Sequence record: SRR31156797_5930
Length of the DNA: 42,766 nucleotides
Strand: one strand, 5' to 3'
The notes under the pieces were generated by a model. The model saw only the letters and a program-made list of their open reading frames with translations, made no database searches and was not told where the DNA came from. This document shows positions 20,305 to 27,936 of this stretch, in pieces. The first letter of the stretch is position 1, and every line of letters begins with the position of its first letter. The position numbers were made by a program, and so were the translations under genes.

Positions 20305-20568
20305 TTATCTACGTTTGGCGGACAGAATGGGCGTATTGAAAACCAGGGCTGAAAGATCATCGGAACGCTTGACATCAAGTTTCATGGCGGTGCTATCGAT
20401 TTCGAAATATCTGGATATGACCTCAACCACATCCCGCTGAAGATCGTTTAAGAGGTCATCGGATATCTCAAGTTTGTCGTATACCAGGGCGAATTTGAGC
20501 CTTTTCTTGGCGGTCTCCTTGCTGTTCCCCGACTTGCCGAAAAAATTCCCAAAAAAATCTTTGAACAT
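20305..20568 (-). CDS. minE: Cell division topological specificity factor MinE
   Basis: SKETAKKRLKF, LQRDVVEVISRY, NTPI; follows minD. Confidence 0.92.
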   Translation of the reverse strand: MFKDFFGNFFGKSGNSKETAKKRLKFALVYDKLEISDDLLNDLQRDVVEVISRYFEIDSTAMKLDVKRSDDLSALVFNTPILSAKRR

Positions 20569-20577
20569 GGCATCACC

Positions 20578-21378
20578 TCAATTCTTGCGTCGCAGCTTGC
20601 GACCCAGAGACCGCCAGAAGCCTTTGGCGTTGTTGGGATTTTCAATGGGTAGATTGGGCTGGCCATTGAGTCTTTGGGCGATACGATGAAAGGCATTGCC
20701 GGCCTCCGATCCCTTTTGAAACACCAACGGCATGCCCGTATTGGTGGCAACCACCACATGATCATCCATTTTGACCAGCCCGATAAGGTCAATGGAGAGA
20801 ACTTCCACCACATCTTCATGGCTCAACATGTCACCGCGGGCCACCATCTCCGGAACGATGCGGTTGACGATCAGTTTCGGGGTAATGGACTTGGCGTAGA
20901 GAAGACCGATAATGCGGTCCGCATCTCTCACGGATGAAACTTCCGGCGTGCAAATCACAAGCGCTTCATCGGCGGCGGCCACCGCGTTTTCGAAGCCCCG
21001 TTCAATCCCCGCCGGGCAATCCATGAAAATATAATCGAATCTCGCCCGAAGACCTTTACTCAATCTAATGACATCGTTGGGGGTTAAGCTGTCCTTATTA
21101 TCACTCTGTGATGCGGGAATAAGAAAAAGATTTTCGATCCGCCGGTCTTTAATGGCGGCCTGTTTGATTTTGCATCTCCCCTTGGCCACGTCCACGATAT
21201 TGAATACAATCCGGTTTTCAAGACCCATGACCACGTCCAGGTTCCGGAGACCGATATCCATATCGATGACGGCTACCTGTTTCCCCTGCATGGCCATTGC
21301 AGCGCCGATACTGGCCGTCGCGGTGGTTTTTCCAACACCCCCCTTACCGGAGGTTACAACAATGATTTTTCCTTCCAA
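20578..21378 (-). CDS. minD: Septum site-determining ATPase MinD
   Basis: TSGKGGVGKTT, DIGLRNLD, DCPAGIE, PEVSSVRDADRIIG, C-terminal amphipathic KGFWRSL. Start set to TTG 21378. Confidence 0.95.
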   Translation of the reverse strand: MEGKIIVVTSGKGGVGKTTATASIGAAMAMQGKQVAVIDMDIGLRNLDVVMGLENRIVFNIVDVAKGRCKIKQAAIKDRRIENLFLIPASQSDNKDSLTPNDVIRLSKGLRARFDYIFMDCPAGIERGFENAVAAADEALVICTPEVSSVRDADRIIGLLYAKSITPKLIVNRIVPEMVARGDMLSHEDVVEVLSIDLIGLVKMDDHVVVATNTGMPLVFQKGSEAGNAFHRIAQRLNGQPNLPIENPNNAKGFWRSLGRKLRRKN

Positions 21379-21391
21379 GATACACCCCTTT

Positions 21392-22081
21392 CTAAAGCAC
21401 TTCAGGCCACGGTAGACGTCCAAAAGGATTGTTTTTGAGATAATCATCCACTAAGATGGAATCATTGACAATATGGGCAAATTGCGCCCTCCCCTCCTCG
21501 AAGGAGGGGATCCCCGTTACCACATGTCCGCCGATTTGCAGTTGTTCCGGCTGAAAATCAAGGGCCAGTATGATTTTTTCCTCATCATCGGGATATCCCG
21601 CCGCCGCCTTTCCTTTCAGGCTCCCCATCACCAGGATATCGCCCCCGGCAACAACTTCCGCGCCCGGATTGACATCGCCCATGATGGTCAGGTGTTTCCT
21701 GGCCGTCACCTTCTGGCCGGAACGGACCCTTCCCGCCAGCATCAGTACGTGGCTTCGGTGGTGTTGCCAGGAACGATCCATATCCCTTTTGCGGCTCCGT
21801 TCTTCCTCCCTGGATCGCGATCCCCGGCCCGGGGCGGCTGAAACGGTCCCCACTTCAAAACGGTCCTGCAGAAAACGGCCCAGTTCGGCAAGCAGGTCCC
21901 CATGGCTTTCATCGGTTTCCGTATCCAGAAAAACCTTTTTATGGGCGGCCATATGATTCAACCGTTCAAAAACCGTTGTCAGTTCATTTTTCAACAAATC
22001 GACTGATATAGAAGTATCAATTGTCACCCACAAGCCGTCCCCGACCCCTTTTATTTTTACCGACTGCTTGTTTTCATCCAT
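21392..22081 (-). CDS. minC: Septum site-determining protein MinC
   Basis: VKIKG, VRSGQ, GDVNPGAEVVAGGDILVMGSLKGKAAAG. Start ATG 22081 or TTG 22099. Confidence 0.9.
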   Translation of the reverse strand: MDENKQSVKIKGVGDGLWVTIDTSISVDLLKNELTTVFERLNHMAAHKKVFLDTETDESHGDLLAELGRFLQDRFEVGTVSAAPGRGSRSREEERSRKRDMDRSWQHHRSHVLMLAGRVRSGQKVTARKHLTIMGDVNPGAEVVAGGDILVMGSLKGKAAAGYPDDEEKIILALDFQPEQLQIGGHVVTGIPSFEEGRAQFAHIVNDSILVDDYLKNNPFGRLPWPEVL

Positions 22082-22137
22082 CTGGCCATCAGTTCCCAAA
22101 AAGTGATTTCAATGAAGTGTGAATTTAATATTGCGGG

Positions 22138-22167
22138 AATATAACAGAAGCATTATTTGTGTGTCAA
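22138..22167 (-). promoter_or_regulatory. Putative sigma70 promoter of minCDE(-xdhA)
   Basis: Minus strand TTGACA-18 nt-TATATT, with TGn extended -10. Confidence 0.55.
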
Positions 22168-22296
22168 GAGAAAGCGAGCACAATATATGGGGTGTTTTTT
22201 CATAAATTTCTAAGGAATCGAAGTGGTTGAAAACGATGAGAATCAGGTAATTTCAGGGATGCGGGGATCCCGGACTAGCGGTGACAGCCATGGAGA

Positions 22297-22923
22297 TCAT
22301 TTTAAAATGCCCCGGGACAACATTTCAAGCGCCAGATTCCAGGTAATATCCAGATGGGTTTTGCGACTCATGGCCTTCTTGCTGTTTTCAAGATGGATAA
22401 TGCCCAGGAAAGAAGTCCATACCACCTCCGCCAGCGTTTTCGGGCTGCAATCCCGAAAAACGCCCTGCCCAATGCCGTATGCCATTATTTTTGACAGGTA
22501 TTCATAGTTGCGTGACCCTGAGTGATCCAGCATGATCCTCAGGTTTTCCGGCAGGTTTCGAATCATTTCACTTTGGTGAAAATAGAGGGTTGCATTGAAT
22601 GACGACCTGTCTTTTTCATAAAAGGCAATGAATGTGGACCACAACGACTCCAGCAATTTATCTTTTACTTCAAACCGACCGGCGTATAGGGTTTTCAGCC
22701 GTTCCCTGAAAAAGTCCGAATATGAGACAATGGCATGAATAAAAATTTCATCTTTTGTTTTGAAATAAAGATACAAGGTGGCACGGCTCAACTCCGCCGC
22801 TTCAGCAATTTTTTCCATTGTGATGGCGTGATACCCCTCTTTGTCGTAAACCTGTATGGCCGCCCTGAGAATAGATGCACGCCTTCTGTTTTTTTCACGC
22901 TCACGTCGTTCTTTGATACCCAT
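22297..22923 (-). CDS. TetR/AcrR family transcriptional regulator
   Basis: MGIKERRERE...ITMEKIAEAAELSRATLYLYFKTKDEI HTH. Confidence 0.93.
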   Translation of the reverse strand: MGIKERREREKNRRRASILRAAIQVYDKEGYHAITMEKIAEAAELSRATLYLYFKTKDEIFIHAIVSYSDFFRERLKTLYAGRFEVKDKLLESLWSTFIAFYEKDRSSFNATLYFHQSEMIRNLPENLRIMLDHSGSRNYEYLSKIMAYGIGQGVFRDCSPKTLAEVVWTSFLGIIHLENSKKAMSRKTHLDITWNLALEMLSRGILK

Positions 22924-22991
22924 ATTCAGTGCCTTATCATGGGTTCCCACGCAGAGGCGCGGGAACCGGACCTATATTCCGACTTCTCTCC

Positions 22992-25265
22992 CTACCCCTC
23001 TTCTTCCATCGATTTCAGAATCTTCTCCGGCGTAATGGGCAGATCCTTGCACCGGTATCCGGTGGCGTGATAAACGGCATCGGAAATGGCGGGGGCCGTG
23101 GGGGATGCCAGTCCCTCGCCGCACTCCTTGGCACCCATGGGACCTTCCGGCTCATAGGTGTCGATGTGCGTCACCTCGCTGGGGGGCATGTCCATGGCCG
23201 TGGGCATTTTGTAGTCGAGGAAATTGGTATTGAGGGTTTTTCCGTCCTCCATGACGAACTGCTCGGAGAGCGCATATCCCAGTCCCATTTGAATGGAACC
23301 GGCCAACTGCCCCTCCACGCCCTTGGGGTTGATGACGGTACCGCAGTCGTGGGCCGTCCACATCCGTTTCACGTCCACTTTGCCGGTTTCCCGGTCCACA
23401 TCCACCAGGGCCACCTGTGCGCCGAATCCAAAGGCAGGGGTCACCAAGCCTTTATCCCGGGGCGTGTAGTACCCATGGGCGATCAGGGGTTCACCCCGCT
23501 TGGCTTTCTGAACCATGGCCACCACATCGCCGAAGGGAACGGCTTTTTTGGGTCTATTTTTGGGTTGAACCGTACCGTTTTTACATTCCATCTCATAGAT
23601 GACGTTTGCATTGAGATAAGCGGATAGGGCACCGAACAGCTTCTCCTTGATTTTTTTGGCTGCGTCAATAACCGCATTACCGGCCATGAGTGTCACCCGG
23701 CTCCCCCAAGCGCCCAGATCCGCCTGTGGCGTGGTGGCCGTATCGGCGGATGTAATACGGATATCTTCCATATTCAACCCCAGCTCTTCGGCCAGGATCT
23801 GTTTCATGGCCGTGTCGCAACCCTGTCCGATATCGGAAGCCATGGTGAGCAGGTGAACGGTGCCGTCTGAAAAGGCCCTTACTTCGGCAGCGGAAAAGGG
23901 GTACTGGGTATTGAACCAGTTGAATACCCCGCCGGAGATAAAGCTGTAGCATCCGATACCGATCCCTTGCCCCGGTTTGAGTTCCTTCCTGAGTCGTTTC
24001 CAGTCGCTCATTTCAGCCACCGCCTCAATGGACTCCTTAAAACCGCAACTGGATATGGTGGCCACATCGGGGATTTCGTCCCCGCTGACCTGCGCGTTTT
24101 TGAGCCGGATCGCCACAGGATCGATCCCCAGGGCTTCGGCGGCCAGGTTCATCTGAATTTCAGAGGCGTAAAGAGACTGTGGCGCCCCGAATCCGCGCAT
24201 GGCGCTGGCGGGCGGCTTGTTGGTGTAGGCGTGTCGCCCGTGAAACCGATAGTTGGGATATCGGTACAGCATGGCGCCGAAATTGCCGCAGAGAAAGGTG
24301 GCCGTGGGTCCCATGGCGTTATAAGCGCCGCCGTCCAGAATAATGCGCAGGTCCTTGGCCATCAGGGACCCATCTTTTTTGAACCCCACCTTTGAATGGA
24401 GCGTCATGGGGTGACGCCGTCGTCCGGTGAGGAATTCCTCTTCCCTTGAAAGGGTGAATTTAACGGGTCGCCCCGTTTCCTTTGCCATAAAAGCCGCGCA
24501 GAACTCCCAGGCGCGAAGCTCCATCTTCCCCCCGAAACCGCCACCCACAAAGGGCTTGATGACCCGAATGTCATTTTCCCGCATTTCCAGGGTGGACGCC
24601 AGTAAACACTGCACGATATAGGGCGTCTGGGTGGAGGTCCAGAGGGTGATCCGGCCGTCCAGATCCACCTGGGCCAGGGCCGAACAGGGTTCCAGGTAGG
24701 CATGGCTTACGGAGTGAACCTTGAAGGTATCTTCACGGACATAGTCCGATTCCGCAAAACCCTTTTCAATGTCCCCGTACTCAATTTTCCGGTTGACACT
24801 GACGTTACCGGGGCAATAATCGTGAATGACCGGTGCGCCTTCCTTTATGGTCGAATCCATATCATACAGACCTTCAAGCTCTTCGTACTCAACCTCAATG
24901 AGCCCAACGGCTTCCCGGGCGGTTTCCCGGTCCACGGCCGCCACGGCCGCCACTTCATCCCCGATGAATCTCACCTTATCAACGGCCAGGGCATATTCAT
25001 CCTGGGTGTCGGCGAACAGGCGCCAGTTGCCGTATTTCACTTTCGGAATATCCTTCCCCGTAATGACGCTCTTCACCCCGGGAAGTGCCAAAGCTCTGCC
25101 CGTATCAATATTTTTAATTCGGGCATGGGCCAGTGGGCTTCGCAGGATCTGCCCAAAGAGCATTCCCGGCAATTTCATGTCATCGGTATAAATGGCGGAT
25201 CCCCTCGCCTTGGCCACGGCATCGTTTCTAGGCACGTCTTTTCCCACGATACTGAATTGTTCCAT
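22992..25265 (-). CDS. Mo-hydroxylase large subunit, 4-hydroxybenzoyl-CoA reductase alpha (HcrA)-like
   Basis: IRVIKPFVGGGFGGK, YTNKPPASAMRGFG, ASDIGQG, GSRVTLMAGNA, GPMGAKECGEG. Family is secure; substrate is not established. Confidence 0.8.
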   Translation of the reverse strand: MEQFSIVGKDVPRNDAVAKARGSAIYTDDMKLPGMLFGQILRSPLAHARIKNIDTGRALALPGVKSVITGKDIPKVKYGNWRLFADTQDEYALAVDKVRFIGDEVAAVAAVDRETAREAVGLIEVEYEELEGLYDMDSTIKEGAPVIHDYCPGNVSVNRKIEYGDIEKGFAESDYVREDTFKVHSVSHAYLEPCSALAQVDLDGRITLWTSTQTPYIVQCLLASTLEMRENDIRVIKPFVGGGFGGKMELRAWEFCAAFMAKETGRPVKFTLSREEEFLTGRRRHPMTLHSKVGFKKDGSLMAKDLRIILDGGAYNAMGPTATFLCGNFGAMLYRYPNYRFHGRHAYTNKPPASAMRGFGAPQSLYASEIQMNLAAEALGIDPVAIRLKNAQVSGDEIPDVATISSCGFKESIEAVAEMSDWKRLRKELKPGQGIGIGCYSFISGGVFNWFNTQYPFSAAEVRAFSDGTVHLLTMASDIGQGCDTAMKQILAEELGLNMEDIRITSADTATTPQADLGAWGSRVTLMAGNAVIDAAKKIKEKLFGALSAYLNANVIYEMECKNGTVQPKNRPKKAVPFGDVVAMVQKAKRGEPLIAHGYYTPRDKGLVTPAFGFGAQVALVDVDRETGKVDVKRMWTAHDCGTVINPKGVEGQLAGSIQMGLGYALSEQFVMEDGKTLNTNFLDYKMPTAMDMPPSEVTHIDTYEPEGPMGAKECGEGLASPTAPAISDAVYHATGYRCKDLPITPEKILKSMEEEG

Positions 25266-25282
25266 TGGTTATTCCTTTCTCC

Positions 25283-26158
25283 TCAACTGTTCAAGGCCCG
25301 GTCGCGGGCTTCGGTAAGTCCCCTTCGCGTTAAGACCGCCACCATCTTTTTTCGGTATTCGGCGCTGCTTCTGACATCCGTAATGGGTTGGGATTCCGCC
25401 AACGCCGCAATCCCCGCCGCTTCGATGATCTCCTCGGTCAGTTGCCGCCCAAGCACCTTCGCTTCGGCCTTTTCGGCACGCATGGGTACCGGGGCCACGG
25501 CGCCTAAGAATATGCGGACATGACGGCAGATATCCCCCTCCATACGCACCATGACGCCTACGCATACGGCCGAAATATCCACTTTTCCGCGGGCCGAAAT
25601 ATGCTGGTAGGAAACACCTGAGTCCGTATCAGGGGTCGGAACCAGGATGGCGGTTAAAATTTCACCGGGACCGAGACCGTTCAATCCGGGCCCCTTAAAA
25701 AATTGATCCAGGGGCAACCGCTTTTCTCCTTTGGCACCGCTTATAACAACTTCCGCATTCATGGCGAGCAGGCATGGTGCATTGTCCGCGGAAGGGGCAG
25801 CGTTACAGATATTTCCGGCCACCGTACCCATGTTCCGGATCTGTACATTGGCCGTTTCCCGGGCCGCGGCGGCAACGGCCGGATAATACTTCAGGATGTC
25901 CGGATGGGATGCCACGTTTGCCAGAAGCGCTGTGGCACCGATTTTCAAACCTTTTTTTGAATCAAAAGTGATCTCTTCCAATCCCTTGATATGCTTGAGA
26001 GCGATAAGGGACCTGGGTTTCAACAGGCCATGGTTCATTTTCACCAGAAGGTCCGTTCCTCCTGCCAGCAAATGGGCCCCTTCCCCTTTATCCAGGAGAA
26101 GCTGTTGCGCCTCTTCAAGGCTCTCGGGTGCGAAGTAATCAAATTTAGGCAACGTCAT
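25283..26158 (-). CDS. Mo-hydroxylase FAD-binding subunit (CoxM/XdhB-like)
   Basis: LAGGTDL, QIRNMGTVAGNICNAAPSAD, LGAVAPVP, PITDVRSSAEYR. Start set to ATG 26158. Confidence 0.92.
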   Translation of the reverse strand: MTLPKFDYFAPESLEEAQQLLLDKGEGAHLLAGGTDLLVKMNHGLLKPRSLIALKHIKGLEEITFDSKKGLKIGATALLANVASHPDILKYYPAVAAAARETANVQIRNMGTVAGNICNAAPSADNAPCLLAMNAEVVISGAKGEKRLPLDQFFKGPGLNGLGPGEILTAILVPTPDTDSGVSYQHISARGKVDISAVCVGVMVRMEGDICRHVRIFLGAVAPVPMRAEKAEAKVLGRQLTEEIIEAAGIAALAESQPITDVRSSAEYRKKMVAVLTRRGLTEARDRALNS

Positions 26159-26663
26159 GTTTACCCCCCTCCATGTCCACACCCCTCGGGGATTGCTTCA
26201 TTTTGGTTGCAGCTTCCGATACCGCCTCCACAATCTGGATGTAACCGGTGCATCGGCATAAATGGCCGGAGAGACCTTCCCGGATCTCCTGTTCCGTGGG
26301 AGAACTGTTATTACTCAGAAGATAAGCTGCCGACATTTCCATACCGGAGGTGCAGAACCCGCACTGAATGGCGCCCGTTTCCACAAACGCCTCCTGGATG
26401 GGATGCAGCTCACTGCCCGACGGGGCCAAGCCTTCAACGGTTTGAATCTCTTTACCCTGAACCTCCAGAGCAAGGGTCAGGCATGAACTGACGCTTCGGC
26501 CGTTTACCAGCACCGTACAGGCGCCGCAATCCCCGGAACCGCATCCCAGCTTGGTGCCTGTCAGATTCAGGTCTTCGCGGAGCACCTCATTGAGGGTACG
26601 CCATGGATCAACGGCCAGGGAATATATATCTCCGTTAATCTTAAGTTCAATCGGATGTTTCAT
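26145..26663 (-). CDS. Mo-hydroxylase 2x[2Fe-2S] subunit (CoxS/XdhC/HcrC-like)
   Basis: GCGSGDCGACTV...SSC and QCGFCTSG...LCRCTGY. Confidence 0.95.
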   Translation of the reverse strand: MKHPIELKINGDIYSLAVDPWRTLNEVLREDLNLTGTKLGCGSGDCGACTVLVNGRSVSSCLTLALEVQGKEIQTVEGLAPSGSELHPIQEAFVETGAIQCGFCTSGMEMSAAYLLSNNSSPTEQEIREGLSGHLCRCTGYIQIVEAVSEAATKMKQSPRGVDMEGGKHDVA

Positions 26664-26727
26664 TGTATTGTCTCCTTTTATTCCGTTGCATTAAAGAGAG
26701 TATCCATCAAAAATACATTATGTTCAT

Positions 26728-26756
26728 ATGGTAGACTGGGCGTCTAATCATGTCAA
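26728..26756 (-). promoter_or_regulatory. Sigma70 promoter of the Mo-hydroxylase operon with candidate operator
   Basis: Minus strand TTGACA-17 nt-TACCAT, overlapped by the inverted repeat TAGAC-N5-GTCTA (26732-26746). Confidence 0.6.
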
Positions 26757-26856
26757 GGGAATTTTTCTTTCCGGAATCTTCGAATTGGTGTATATCTTTA
26801 ATATTATGCACGGAAAATCGTTGAAATACTCATGATGCGGCTATTCGGGGAAATCC

Positions 26857-27672
26857 ATGGGAAAAAAAATACTGGTCGTTGACAATGATCGGCTCATGCT
26901 GGAGTTCATGGCGGATCTGTTTGAAGAAGAGGGTCATGAAGTGGTAACCGCGGAAGATGGTCTTTCCGCATTGGAAACTTTGAAAGATTATGTCCCCGAT
27001 GTGGCTTTTGTCGATCTTGTCATGCCCAACATCAGAGGCGACCGGCTGTGCCGAATTATTCGGAGCATGCCCCATTTGAAAAACCTTTTCATGGTGATCA
27101 TTTCGGCCGCGGCCCTTGAGGATCTGACGAATTTTTCCGAACTGGGCGCGGATGCCGCTGTTGCCAAGAGTCCATTTAACGAAATGTCGAAACAACTCTT
27201 GAAGATTTTAGACCAAAGAGATGAGATGATATATGAGGGTCCCGAAACATCAACAGGCCATCAAGATATCTATCAGCGGAAAATAACCAAGGAGCTGCTC
27301 CATGCGGAACGGCATCTGGAAACCATTTTAAACAATATTTCCGAAGGCATTTTCGAACTCAATCCGGATGGAAAGATCATTTTCTGCAATAATAAAGGAT
27401 TCTCATTATGCGGCGCTTCCGAAGCGGCGCTTCTGGGCCGAAATTTCTTTGAACTCTTTGATGGGAGTGACCGCGGGAAAATCCAAGACCTGCTCCTGAT
27501 GATCGGGGACGGTCCGCCTGAAATCAGTGACCGTTTTCAGGCAAAGCTGCACGAAAAACCGGTATCCCTGAAGTTACTGCCCGTGGAAGATCACCTGGGA
27601 TGGTCCGTTATCGCAATTCTTACACCCCTTCCCGATATTGGGAAACAAAGGGAGGCTTGGCATTTTAAATAA
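26857..27672 (+). CDS. Response regulator (REC + PAS, no output domain)
   Basis: ILVVDND, FVDLVMP; PAS segment ILNNISEGIFELNPDGKIIFCN...LLGRNF. Confidence 0.85.
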   Translation: MGKKILVVDNDRLMLEFMADLFEEEGHEVVTAEDGLSALETLKDYVPDVAFVDLVMPNIRGDRLCRIIRSMPHLKNLFMVIISAAALEDLTNFSELGADAAVAKSPFNEMSKQLLKILDQRDEMIYEGPETSTGHQDIYQRKITKELLHAERHLETILNNISEGIFELNPDGKIIFCNNKGFSLCGASEAALLGRNFFELFDGSDRGKIQDLLLMIGDGPPEISDRFQAKLHEKPVSLKLLPVEDHLGWSVIAILTPLPDIGKQREAWHFK

Positions 27673-27936
27673 AAACAATCGGTTCAAGTCTGCTCTTGAC
27701 TGCTGGTGCCATTTCTTCTATTTTTTTTAAATCGGCTCGTCAATATTCGGCCCCTATTTTTTAATTTCCGATTTTCAGGTTGCCTCATCTGCCATGAGGG
27801 ATTGGATTGCTCAATAATGCCGGTCATTCCCCCCCCAACACACCCCCTGCCCATAATCATGGGTCACTCGCGAAAGGATAAATTAATGCACAAAGAGGAC
27901 TGCTTGGAATTATTGATACAGAAATTTCGCTGAACA

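Noticed and set aside
19580-25523. Long antisense or alternative-frame ORFs (e.g. 19580-20440, 22929-23627, 24702-25523; also 2213-2950, 9400-10020, 11991-12614)
   Set aside because: They shadow well-supported genes, have no recognisable motifs, and are expected from codon bias.
18014-26663. Selenocysteine read-through or frameshifts in the Mo-hydroxylase genes
   Set aside because: All four ORFs are full length with no internal TGA.
27681-27711. GGTTCAAGTC resembling a tRNA T-loop or att remnant
   Set aside because: The T-stem does not pair and CCA is not at the expected distance; no cloverleaf.
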